64,000 bases of DNA, taken from Syncephalis fuscata S228 (Eukaryota > Fungi > Zoopagomycota). This document shows, one piece after another, positions 51,301 to 64,000 of the stretch (position 1 is its first letter; each line of letters begins with the position of its first letter). The stretch lies in contig JAHLTZ010000014.1 in the NCBI GenBank assembly GCA_025786725.1, forward strand, positions 557,139 through 621,138. The letters run 5' to 3'. The notes beneath the pieces were generated by a model. That model worked only from the letters and a program-made list of their open reading frames with translations. It had not been told where the DNA came from and searched no databases. The translations under genes and the position numbers were made by a program.

Positions 51301-54300
51301 CTACGCCAGCAGCAGCTGTTGTGGTTTGACCAATGACACCTGACGATTGAATGGCTGGCCCAGCTGCTTGTGTAATCTCTTGATGAGCTGCATGGGCTCC
51401 AGTCTTGATACTGCCTGATGCACCAACAACTGACGTCGATCCATCGGCATTAACAACAATGTCGCCAGCTACTGATGTCTCGCCTTCGGCCTTAGCTACA
51501 ATTGGTTCAACATCGCTCGTCATCCACTGGGTAACTTGACCGTTAAGTGTTTTGGTGAAGTATTTGGTAATACGACGAACTTGAGTATCCGATATAATCA
51601 CAGTGCGAATGGACAAATGGCCGCCATCAGCGTCAGTCTCTTCTGTGGTAAACTCTTGAATACCACCTGATGGTCCAACAATGGTGACATCTTGTGGAGC
51701 TGGTGCAACTGGAGCGGCTGGTTGACTATCAGCCTGCTTTTGTTCTTCGACAACGATGTTTTTAGTGGCAGTGGTTTCAGAGCAGCTTGAAGTATCTACA
51801 TCTACATTCACAGCAGCAGCTTCAGTTGCAACATCGGAAAGCACTGTCTCCTCAGTAGTTGTGATTATGGTCTTAGACTGCAAATCTGTCTCTTGTCTCG
51901 TTGTAGAGCAATCAACTTCCTGAATAATAGAAGTATCATGCTGTTCAATTGAGACTGTAGTTGAGTCGACGTGCTCTTCTACTGTAGTAGAAGTTTCTGC
52001 CTGGCACTCCACTATAGCACTTGTTTCTGTCGAAGTTGCAATGTCGTCTGACTCTGTTACAGTCTTCACAATCTCTACTGAATTATTGGAAGTCTGTATA
52101 ATAATTGTACAATTAATTCAATATAATAAATATATTTACATATTTACTTACCTCAAACGATTCTTGTTGTTGAGTGTTATTCTTAGTAGCAGAGCTCTTG
52201 GAAGAAATGATGGCAGCTCCGGCAGCAACTCCAGCGACAGCAGCAATACCGGCAACGACGGCAGCCGTTTTAGTCGCACTCGACGTCTTTTTAGTAGTCG
52301 ATGAAGAACCCGTTGATCTTGTTGATTCAATTGGCACTGGTGTAGAGTCGGCTGATTTGGTCGACTCCATCGACGCCGAAGCAGAACCCGTTGATCTAGT
52401 TGTTTCAACTGGTACTGGTGTAAGACCGGGCTCTTTAGCCATGGCGGGGCGGTTAGAGCGATGACGTCTACGGCGTCTCTTGCCAGTACCTGTGCCACTA
52501 GCTTCAGTAGAAGCTGGCTGCTCTCCAGATTTGGCCTTGCGGTTCTTCTTGGCACGATGCTTCTTGTGACGATGCTGCTTCTTACGACGAAGTCTCTTCT
52601 CTTTACGCCGTTCCTCACGTGCAGCCACCGCCTCTGGCGACATATCTTTAGGACCATCACCTTCCTCTTCATCGGAAGATATATCCTCACTGTCCAATGA
52701 AGCATCAGACAATAATTCCTCGTTGCTTTCATCAGCATCAGAAAGGCCAATGTCATTTTCGCTATCTTCTTCAGATTCAGGTTCCGGTTCAGGGACAGCA
52801 ACTGAAGCCTCTGGTTTAGCTGTTACAGCGGCCGCAACAGCAGCTGTAGTTGCAGCCACAGCAGTTGCAGCAGCTACAACACCCTTTTGGCCGTGGTTCT
52901 TGCGACGGTTCTTCTTCTTCTTCTTTCGTCGGCCACCAGCGCCACTAGCACCGCCATCGGCACCTTGTGGCAAGTCAGTTTCTGAATCACTTTCCTCCAA
53001 CTCCTGGCTGTCTGAAGCTGTATCAGCACCAACTTCAATCTCAACTTCATGCTCCTCAGGCACATCTAAAGCAACTTCAACAACTTCGATCGACTCTTCG
53101 CTGCGCTCTACATTCCAAGTCAAAATCAATCGATAGATAAAGCGACGTCCAAATCGAACAACAACTTGTTGCTGTTGTGTCTCTTCAGTCTTCGTCTCAG
53201 TATCAGCTTCAACCAACACACTACGCTCAACAGTTCGACCTTCTGCAGTAATCCATACATAGATTGTACGACGAATAAACAGTATACCGCCGCGAGTAAT
53301 TGAATCGGCAGTGGCCACTTGACGGTCAATAGATAAATCGGACTCAACCAAATCGACTGTTCTAAAACGCTCCTCGCCAGTAAGTTCATCCCAATAAAGA
53401 ATCTGCCAAATAACACAGCGACGTCCGTCGCGAGTAACAATAATAGCATCGTCAAATTGTTGGTCCGGATATACAGCAGCAGTGTGGACTACATCGCGCA
53501 CAAATTGTTCAGTGGCAACATTCCAACGAACAATAGCTCGGCGTACATATTCTTGTCCAGAGCGAATTAGACAAGTAGGAGCACTTCGAGTTAATTGTGC
53601 TCGATCATATGTTACATTGGCACTCTCAACCAAATACTCGATAGTACGTGTAATAATTGTCAAGGTAATAACGCACCAAATGGTAATTGTACGGCGAATA
53701 AAGCGACGACCGTCACGTACCACGATCTCTGATGTTACATCAGCATCTGATGAATCGCTATCAGAAGCAATATCAATTTCCTCACGGCGCGTAGTTCTGG
53801 TAGTTTCATCCCAAACATAAACAACACGACGAAGGAAGCGGCGTCCATTGTGAGTGACTGGCGTTACATGTCGTGCTACTGGATTGCCTGGTCGATTATA
53901 GGACTCGTCGGGAACCTCTATCTTATCATTAATAAACGATTTAGTTATTACATCCCATCGAATAATGTAACGAATAACATAATAACGACCATTACGCTCT
54001 ACCGTGGTGACAGTATCTGTGTTTTCAAGTACATCGTCCGTTATATGAACAAATTCTCGAACTTCACGTTGTTGCTGCACATCCCAGCGAACGACTAGAC
54101 GCCGTGTAAATGTACGACCTTCAACTACAACACCAGATGCAGCTGCCAAAGCATTTGGTTGTGCTGCAACATATGTAAGAGCATTGTAATCGTCGGCATC
54201 AATTTCAACGACTTCTTCAATCTCCGTGGCCTGAACTACACTCCAGCAGTATATAACAATACGAATGAATCGACGACCATTACGAACAACTTCTTCGACT

Positions 54301-57300
54301 TGCTTCATGGCCAATTGGTCGGCGCTAATAGAATCGGCAGCAACTTCAATCTCCTCATTAACTTCTTGCTGTTGTGATTCTGACCAACGAGTAATAACAC
54401 GGCGAATATAGCGCTTGCTGTCATTACGAATAACCACATCAGTAGCTCCATTGGAAAATACTTGACCAGTACAATGATAGACATCGTCAGCAGAAAGTTC
54501 AACTTCTCTTGAAACAGCTGACTGCGTGCTGTTATCCCAAAAAGTAACCACATAACGAATAAAGCGTTTTCCATCACGAACTACTATAGCGTCGTTCTCT
54601 TCTTCTACAGTAGCGGCTGATTCTAAATCGTCCAAAGCAACTTCATATGCCTCATTTACAATTGAGCTAGAAATAATATCCCATCGTGTAAATACTCGAC
54701 GAACAAATCGTCGCTGCGAACGAACAATAATGCCAGATTCAATAGATACATTATAAGCATCTGCTGATAGTGATTGCTCAATGTCTATAGTAGGCAATAA
54801 CAAGGCGGCTTCTGTAGGTCTATCAGCTTGAGCTTGGGCAGCTTCTTCAGCAGTCAAATTCATTGGCATATTAATAGGTTTACGCAAGCTCTTCTTTTCG
54901 TCATCAGCTTGCGTAGAATGGTCATGAACGCCAAATAGCTTGCTAAAGAATCCAGACTTGCGAGACGAGTGTTTCTGTTGTGATAGTAACACACCAGCAA
55001 TAACCGCACTAGCAGCGGCAGTAGATACTGCCGTGGCAGCCACTGCAGTCGTCAATATAGAGCCGGACTCGGCCTCGACCTTCACCACTTCGTCGGTGAC
55101 TTGCTGCACATCGTCCATAGCAAGTTCGACTTCTTCGGTCGCTGTCTTGTTTTCTTCGATGCTCCAGTACGTAAATACACGACGCACGAAGCGGCGGCCA
55201 TTGCGCTCAACAATCGTCTCGGACTCGGCATCGACGCTGGCTGCTTCTTTAATGTCTTCTACCGCAACTTCGACTTCTTGCTGCACTTCCTTGTTTTCTT
55301 CAACACTCCAGCGAGTGAATACGCGACGAACAAACACGCGGCCTTGTCGGACAACTACGCCAGATGTTGCAAGTGCCGATGTCGTCTCCGACTCGACCTT
55401 AATGACCTCGCCGTGCACTTGCTGCACCTCATCGGCAGCTACCTCTACATCTTCGCTAACCGTTGTGTTCTGTTCGGTGCACCAACGGCTGATGGTGCGG
55501 CGTACGAAGCGGCGGCCATTGCGAACAACAATTGCCTCAGAGCTGGCTTCAACACTTGCGGCTTCTTTAACGTCTTCAACCGCGACTTCAGCTTCACGCT
55601 GGACTTCTCGGTTCTCTTCAACGCTCCACCAAGTGAACACACGACGTACAAACAAGCGGCCATTGCGTACAACTACGCCAGATGTAGCAACAGTGTCGGC
55701 TGCTACCACAGTGGCAAGCGTAGAGCCAGACTCGGCTTCTACTTTGACTACTTCGTCGCTAACTTGCTGGACATCATCCACGGCAATCTCGACCTCGTCA
55801 GTGACCGTCTTGTTCTCTTCAGCACTCCAGCGTGTAAATTGGCGGCGTACAAAGCGACGACCATTGCGCTCAACAATCGATTCAGAGTCGACATCAATAC
55901 TAGCTGCTTCTTTGACTTCATCGGCAGCCAACTCGACTTCAACCTGGACCTCTTCGTTCTTTTCAGCGTCCCAATGCGTAAATAGACGACGAATAAACAC
56001 ACGACCATCACGAACGGCTGAGCTGGCAACAATGGCGACGGCTCCGGTAGCTGCTGCAACACCAACAACGGCAGCTGTCGTGGCTGCAGCGGCACTTGTA
56101 GTGATTGCTGTCACAAGTCCACTGCCGGCTTCCGACTCGACCTTGGTGACCTCGACTGTAGCTTCTTGCACTTCATCCACGGCAAGTTCGACTTCTTCGG
56201 TCACCGTCTTGTTTTCTTCGATGCTCCAGTACGTAAATACACGACGCACGAAGCGGCGGCCATTGCGCTCAACAACCAATTCAGATGTCGACTCGACAGT
56301 AGCTGCTTCTTTAATGTCTTCTACCGCAACTTCGACTTCTTGCTGCACTTCCTTGTTCTCTTCAACACTCCAGCGAGTAAACAAACGACGAACAAATAGA
56401 CGGCCTTGACGGACTGCAACTCCAGCTGAAGCTGCTGTGGCAACTGCGGCTTCGGTCAATATGCTGCCAGACTCGGCCTCTACCTTAACCACTTCTTCAC
56501 TGGCCTGTTGCACCTCATCAACGGCAACTTCGACTTCATCGGTCACCGTCTTGTTCTCTTCAACGTTCCAGTGCGTGAATTTACGACGTACAAATCGACG
56601 GCCATTGCGCTCGACAACGGCTTCGGCCTCGGCCTCGGCGGTGATGTTGGCTGCTTCTTTGACTTCTTCAGCGTCAACTTCGACCTCGACTTGGACCTCT
56701 TCGTTCTTTTCAGCATCCCAGCGCGTAAACAAGCGACGAACAAATAGACGGCCTTGACGGACTGCAACTCCTGCTGCTGCTGTGGCAACGACTGCTGTGG
56801 CTGCTGTGGCTGCAACTGCTGTCGTCAATATCGAGCCAGACTCAGCCTCGACCTTCACCACTTCGTCGGTGACTTGCTGCACATCGTCCACAGCTACTTC
56901 AACTTCTTCAGTCACGGCCTTGTCTTCTTCAACACTCCAGCGTGTAAAGTAGCGACGCACAAAACGACGGCCATTGCGCTCAACAATCGTCTCGGACTCG
57001 GCATCAACGCTGGCTGCTTCTTTGACTTCATCGGCAGCTAGCTCGACCTCGTACTGGACTTCCTTGTTCTCTGCAGTATTCCACCATGTGAATACGCGAC
57101 GAACAAACACGCGGCCTTGTCGGACAACTACGCCAGATGTTGCAAGTGCCGATGTCGTCTCCGACTCGACCTTAATGACCTCGCCGTGCACTTGCTGCAC
57201 CTCATCGGCAGCTACCTCTACATCTTCGCTAACCGTTGTGTTCTGTTCGGTGCACCAACGGCTGATGGTGCGGCGTACGAAGCGGCGGCCATTGCGAACA

Positions 57301-60300
57301 ACAATTGCCTCAGAGCTGGCTTCAACACTTGCGGCTTCTTTAACGTCTTCAACCGCGACTTCAGCTTCACGCTGGACTTCTCGGTTTTCTTCAACGCTCC
57401 ACCAAGTGAACACACGACGTACAAACAAGCGGCCATTGCGTACAACTACGCCAGATGTAGCAACAGTGTCGGCTGCTACCACAGTGGCAAGCGTAGAGCC
57501 AGACTCGGCTTCTACTTTGACTATTTCGTCGTTAACTTGCTGGACATCATCCACGGCAATCTCGACCTCATCAGTGACCGTCTTGTTCTCTTCAGCACTC
57601 CAGCGTGTAAATTGGCGGCGTACAAAGCGACGACCATTGCGCTCAACAATCGATTCAGAGTCGACATCAATACTGGCTGCTTCTTTGACTTCATCGGCAG
57701 CCAACTCGACTTCAACCTGGACCTCTTCGTTCTTTTCAGCGTCCCAACGCGTAAATAGACGACGAATAAACACACGACCATCACGAACGGCTGAGCTGGC
57801 AACAATGGCGACGGCTCCGGTAGCTGCTGCAACACCAACAACGGCAGCTGTCGTGGCTGCAGCGGCACTTGTAGTGATTGCTGTCACAAGTCCACTGCCG
57901 GCTTCCGACTCGACCTTGGTGACCTCGACTGTAGCTTCTTGCACTTCATCCACGGCAAGTTCGACTTCTTCGGTCACCGTCTTGTTTTCTTCGATGCTCC
58001 AGTACGTAAATACACGACGCACGAAGCGGCGGCCATTGCGCTCAACAACCAATTCAGATGTCGACTCGACAGTAGCTGCTTCTTTAATGTCTTCTACCGC
58101 AACTTCGACTTCTTGCTGCACTTCCTTGTTCTCTTCAACACTCCAGCGAGTAAACAAACGACGAACAAATAGACGGCCTTGACGGACTGCAACTCCAGCT
58201 GAAGCTGCTGTGGCAACTGCGGCTTCGGTCAATATGCTGCCAGACTCGGCCTCTACCTTAACCACTTCTTCACTGGCCTGTTGCACCTCATCAACGGCAA
58301 CTTCGACTTCATCGGTCACCGTCTTGTTCTCTTCAACATTCCAGTGCGTGAATTTACGACGTACAAATCGACGGCCATTGCGCTCGACAACGGCTTCGGC
58401 CTCGGCCTCGGCGGTGATGTTGGCTGCTTCTTTGACTTCTTCAGCGTCAACTTCGACCTCGACTTGGACCTCTTCGTTCTTTTCAGCATCCCAGCGCGTA
58501 AACAAGCGACGAACAAATAGACGGCCTTGACGGACTGCAACTCCTGCTGCTGCTGTGGCAACGACTGCTGTGGCTGCTGTGGCTGCAACTGCTGTCGTCA
58601 ATATCGAGCCAGACTCAGCCTCGACCTTCACCACTTCGTCGGTGACTTGCTGCACATCGTCCACAGCTACTTCAACTTCTTCAGTCACGGCCTTGTCTTC
58701 TTCAACACTCCAGCGTGTAAAGTAGCGACGCACAAAACGACGGCCATTGCGCTCAACAATCGTCTCGGACTCGGCATCAACGCTGGCTGCTTCTTTGACT
58801 TCATCGGCAGCTAGCTCGACCTCGTACTGGACTTCCTTGTTCTCTGCAGTATTCCACCATGTGAATACGCGACGAACAAACACGCGGCCTTGTCGGACAA
58901 CTACGCCAGATGTTGCAAGTGCCGATGTCGTCTCCGACTCGACCTTAATGACCTCGCCGTGCACTTGCTGCACCTCATCGGCAGCTACCTCTACATCTTC
59001 GCTAACCGTTGTGTTCTGTTCGGTGCACCAACGGCTGATGGTGCGGCGTACGAAGCGGCGGCCATTGCGAACAACAATTGCCTCAGAGCTGGCTTCAACA
59101 CTTGCGGCTTCTTTAACGTCTTCAACCGCGACTTCAGCTTCACGCTGGACTTCTCGGTTCTCTTCAACGCTCCACCAAGTGAACACACGACGTACAAACA
59201 AGCGGCCATTGCGTACAACTACGCCAGATGTAGCAACAGTGTCGGCTGCTACCACAGTGGCAAGCGTAGAGCCAGACTCGGCTTCTACTTTGACTACTTC
59301 GTCGCTAACTTGCTGGACATCATCCACGGCAATCTCGACCTCGTCAGTGACCGTCTTGTTCTCTTCAGCACTCCAGCGTGTAAATTGGCGGCGTACAAAG
59401 CGACGACCATTGCGCTCAACAATCGATTCAGAGTCGACATCAATACTGGCTGCTTCTTTGACTTCATCGGCAGCCAACTCGACTTCAACCTGGACCTCTT
59501 CGTTCTTTTCAGCGTCCCAACGCGTAATAGACGACGAATAAACACACGACCATCACGAACGGCTGAGCTGGCAACAATGGCGACGGCTCCGGTAGCTGCT
59601 GCAACACCAACAACGGCAGCTGTCGTGGCTGCAGCGGCACTTGTAGTGATTGCTGTCACAAGTCCACTGCCGGCTTCCGACTCGACCTTGGTGACCTCGA
59701 CTGTAGCTTCTTGCACTTCATCCACGGCAAGTTCGACTTCTTCGGTCACCGTCTTGTTTTCTTCGATGCTCCAGTACGTAAATACACGACGCACGAAGCG
59801 GCGGCCATTGCGCTCAACAACCATTCAGATGTCGACTCGACAGTAGCTGCTTCTTTAATGTCTTCTACCGCAACTTCGACTTCTTGCTGCACTTCCTTGT
59901 TCTCTTCAACACTCCAGCGAGTAAACAAACGACGAACAAATAGACGGCCTTGACGGACTGCAACTCCAGCTGAAGCTGCTGTGGCAACTGCGGCTTCGGT
60001 CAATATGCTGCCAGACTCGGCCTCTACCTTAACCACTTCTTCGCTGGCCTGTTGCACCTCATCGACGGCAACTTCGACTTCATCGGTCACCGTCTTGTTC
60101 TCTTCAACATTCCAGTGCGTGAATTTACGACGTACAAATCGACGGCCATTGCGCTCGACAACGGCTTCGGCCTCGGCCTCGGCGGTGATGTTGGCTGCTT
60201 CTTTGACTTCTTCAGCGTCAACTTCGACCTCGACTTGGACCTCTTCGTTCTTTTCAGCATCCCAGCGCGTAAACAAGCGACGAACAAATAGACGGCCTTG

Positions 60301-63300
60301 ACGGACTGCAACTCCTGCTGCTGCTGTGGCAACGACTGCTGTGGCTGCTGTGGCTGCAACTGCTGTCGTCAATATCGAGCCAGACTCAGCCTCGACCTTC
60401 ACCACTTCGTCGGTGACTTGCTGCACATCGTCCACAGCTACTTCAACTTCTTCAGTCACGGCCTTGTCTTCTTCAACACTCCAGCGTGTAAAGTAGCGAC
60501 GCACAAAACGACGGCCATTGCGCTCAACAATCGTCTCGGACTCGGCATCAACGCTGGCTGCTTCTTTGACTTCATCGGCAGCTAGCTCGACCTCGTACTG
60601 GACTTCCTTGTTCTCTGCAGTATTCCACCATGTGAATACGCGACGAACAAACACGCGGCCTTGTCGGACAACTACGCCAGATGTTGCAAGTGCCGATGTC
60701 GTCTCCGACTCGACCTTGGTGACCTCGCCGTGCACTTGCTGCACCTCATCGGCAGCTACCTCTACATCTTCGCTAACCGTTGTGTTCTGTTCGGTGCACC
60801 AACGGCTGATGGTGCGGCGTACGAAGCGGCGGCCATTGCGAACAACAATTGCCTCAGAGCTGGCTTCAACACTTGCGGCTTCTTTAACGTCTTCAACCGC
60901 GACTTCAGCTTCACGCTGGACTTCTCGGTTCTCTTCAACGCTCCACCAAGTGAACACACGACGTACAAACAAGCGGCCATTGCGTACAACTACGCCAGAT
61001 GTAGCAACAGTGTCGGCTGCTACCACAGTGGCAAGCGTAGAGCCAGACTCGGCTTCTACTTTGACTACTTCGTCGTTAACTTGCTGGACATCATCCACGG
61101 CAATCTCGACCTCATCAGTGACCGTCTTGTTCTCTTCAGCACTCCAGCGTGTAAATTGGCGGCGTACAAAGCGACGACCATTGCGCTCAACAATCGATTC
61201 AGAGTCGACATCAATACTGGCTGCTTCTTTGACTTCATCGGCAGCCAACTCGACTTCAACCTGGACCTCTTCGTTCTTTTCAGCGTCCCAACGCGTAAAT
61301 AGACGACGAATAAACACACGACCATCACGAACGGCTGAGCTGGCAACAATGGCGACGGCTCCGGTAGCTGCTGCAACACCAACAACGGCAGCTGTCGTGG
61401 CTGCAGCGGCACTTGTAGTGATTGCTGTCACAAGTCCACTGCCGGCTTCCGACTCGACCTTGGTGACCTCGACTGTAGCTTCTTGCACTTCATCCACGGC
61501 AAGTTCGACTTCTTCGGTCACCGTCTTGTTTTCTTCGATGCTCCAGTACGTAAATACACGACGCACGAAGCGGCGGCCATTGCGCTCAACAACCAATTCA
61601 GATGTCGACTCGACAGTAGCTGCTTCTTTAATGTCTTCTACCGCAACTTCGACTTCTTGCTGCACTTCCTTGTTCTCTTCAACACTCCAGCGAGTAAACA
61701 AACGACGAACAAATAGACGGCCTTGACGGACTGCAACTCCAGCTGAAGCTGCTGTGGCAACTGCGGCTTCGGTCAATATGCTGCCAGACTCGGCCTCTAC
61801 CTTAACCACTTCTTCACTGGCCTGTTGCACCTCATCAACGGCAACTTCGACTTCATCGGTCACCGTCTTGTTCTCTTCAACATTCCAGTGCGTGAATTTA
61901 CGACGTACAAATCGACGGCCATTGCGCTCGACAACGGCTTCGGCCTCGGCGGTGATGTTGGCTGCTTCTTTGACTTCTTCAGCGTCAACTTCGACCTCGA
62001 CTTGGACCTCTTCGTTCTTTTCAGCATCCCAGCGCGTAAACAAGCGCGAACAAATAGACGGCCTTGACGGACTGCAACTCCTGCTGCTGCTGTGGCAACG
62101 ACTGCTGTGGCTGCTGTGGCTGCAACTGCTGTCGTCAATATCGAGCCAGACTCAGCCTCGACCTTCACCACTTCGTCGGTGACTTGCTGCACATCGTCCA
62201 CAGCTACTTCAACTTCTTCAGTCACGGCCTTGTCTTCTTCAACACTCCAGCGTGTAAAGTAGCGACGCACGAAGCGACGGCCATTGCGCTCAACAATCGT
62301 CTCGGACTCGGCATCAACGCTGGCTGCTTCTTTGACTTCATCGGCAGCTAGCTCGACCTCGTACTGGACTTCCTTGTTCTCTGCAGTATTCCACCATGTG
62401 AATACGCGACGAACAAACACGCGGCCTTGTCGGACAACTACGCCAGATGTTGCAAGTGCCGATGTCTCCGACTCGACCTTAATGACCTCGCCGTGCACTT
62501 GCTGCACCTCATCGGCAGCTACCTCTACATCTTCGCTAACCGTTTGTTCTGTTCGGTGCACCAACGGCTGATGGTGCGGCGTACGAAGCGGCGGCCATTG
62601 CGAACACAATTGCCTCAGAGCTGGCTTCAACACTTGCGGCTTCTTTAACGTCTTCAACCGCGACTTCAGCTTCACGCTGGACTTCTCGGTTCTCTTCAAC
62701 GCTCCACCAAGTGAACACACGACGTACAAACAAGCGGCCATTGCGTACAACTACGCCAGATGTAGCAACAGTGTCGGCTGCTACCACAGTGGCAAGCGTA
62801 GAGCCAGACTCGGCTTCTACTTTGACTACTTCGTCGCTAACTTGCTGGACATCATCCACGGCAATCTCGACCTCATCAGTGACCGTCTTGTTCTCTTCAG
62901 CACTCCAGCGTGTAAATTGGCGGCGTACAAAGCGACGACCATTGCGCTCAACAATCGATTCAGAGTCGACATCAATACTGGCTGCTTCTTTGACTTCATC
63001 GGCAGCCAACTCGACTTCAACCTGGACCTCTTCGTTCTTTTCAGCGTCCCAACGCGTAAATAGACGACGAATAAACACACGACCATCACGAACGGCTGAG
63101 CTGGCAACAATGGCGACGGCTCCGGTAGCTGCTGCAACACCAACAACGGCAGCTGTCGTGGCTGCAGCGGCACTTGTAGTGATTGCTGTCACAAGTCCAC
63201 TGCCGGCTTCCGACTCGACCTTGGTGACCTCGACTGTAGCTTCTTGCACTTCATCCACGGCAAGTTCGACTTCTTCGGTCACCGTCTTTTTTCTTCGATG

Positions 63301-64000
63301 CTCCAGTACGTAAATACACGACGCACGAAGCGGCGGCCATTGCGCTCAACAACCAATTCAGATGTCGACTCGACAGTAGCTGCTTCTTTAATGTCTTCTA
63401 CCGCAACTTCGACTTCTTGCTGCACTTCCTTGTTCTCTTCAAACTCCAGCGAGTAAACAAACGACGAACAAATAGACGGCCTTGACGGACTGCAACTCCA
63501 GCTGAAGCTGCTGTGGCAACTGCGGCTTCGGTCAATATGCTGCCAGACTCGGCCTCTACCTTAACCACTTCTTCACTGGCCTGTTGCACCTCATCAACGG
63601 CAACTTCGACTTCATCGGTCACCGTCTTGTTCTCTTCAACATTCCAGTGCGTGAATTTACGACGTACAAATCGACGGCCATTGCGCTCGACAACGGCTTC
63701 GGCCTCGGCCTCGGCGGTGATGTTGGCTGCTTCTTTGACTTCTTCAGCGTCAACTTCGACCTCGACTTGGACCTCTTCGTTCTTTTCAGCATCCAGCGCG
63801 TAAACAAGCGCGAACAAATAGACGGCCTTGACGGACTGCAACTCCTGCTGCTGCTGTGGCAACGACTGCTGTGCTGCTGTGGCTGCAACTGCTGTCGTCA
63901 ATATCGAGCCAGACTCAGCCTCGACCTTCACCACTCGTCGGTGACTTGCTGCACATCGTCCACAGCTACTTCAACTTCTTCAGTCACGGCCTTGTCTTCT
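48329..64000 (-). CDS. Giant tandem-repeat protein (>5,000 aa in window; 5' end beyond 64000)
   Basis: A phase-0 GT-AG intron at 52094-52151 joins ORF 52113..59477 in frame to ORF 48329..52069. Upstream ORFs continue the same repeat across single-base indels (about 59525, 59822, 62046 and beyond). Confidence 0.85.
48900..51725 (-). repeat. 705-bp (235-aa) and 261-bp (87-aa) coding tandem repeats
   Basis: Periods 50382/51087 and 49208/49469. Core motif EETDxDGGHLxIRTVxIxDxxxRRITKYFTKxLNGQxxQWxTS. Confidence 0.92.
55200..64000 (-). repeat. About 5 near-identical 1773-bp (591-aa) coding tandem repeats
   Basis: Shadow ORFs recur with period 1773 (55445, 57218, 58991). Each unit holds 10 copies of the motif VxRxGRxFVRRxFTxWxxExNxxVxxEVE. 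Confidence 0.95.

Noticed and set aside
48341-63888. Numerous plus-strand and alternative-frame ORFs over the giant gene
   Set aside because: These are antisense or out-of-frame shadows of a repetitive, codon-biased CDS.
59500-64000. Programmed frameshifting in the giant repeat gene
   Set aside because: The indels fall at different positions in different repeat copies and accumulate toward the window end, as expected for sequencing error.

Overview
This is eukaryotic DNA with short AT-rich GT-AG introns, most likely from an early-diverging fungus (Zoopagomycota/Syncephalis-like by inference). Housekeeping genes: NUDT19-like hydrolase, ABP1-like, RAD52, SLA1-like, AGM1/PCM1, PEX4, EMC6, UTP12/DIP2, LCP5/neuroguidin, NDUFAF3, PCNA and a DASS transporter. 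The standout, invisible to the ORF track, is a minus-strand secreted-peptide gene (10848->8981). A 94-nt signal/pro-peptide exon is followed by 21 consecutive 3-nt micro-exons, each flanked by AG and GT and spaced about 82 nt apart. These splice into a stop-free 52-aa prepropeptide, MKLSIVVIYTIVVALVAITAVVDARPILARR-ADAVGDDRTSKNTPTSGSPGF*. A decayed inverted paralog lies at about 23.3-24.65 kb. The window also holds several decayed Fanzor (eukaryotic TnpB) fragments, some sharing a conserved ~200-nt non-coding 3' tail (candidate omegaRNA or element end), and a 1.4-kb Fanzor-derived unit duplicated in inverted orientation about 39 kb apart. A giant hierarchical tandem-repeat protein (>5,000 aa, truncated by the window) occupies 48.3-64 kb. 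Scattered single-base deletions in conserved genes look like long-read errors.
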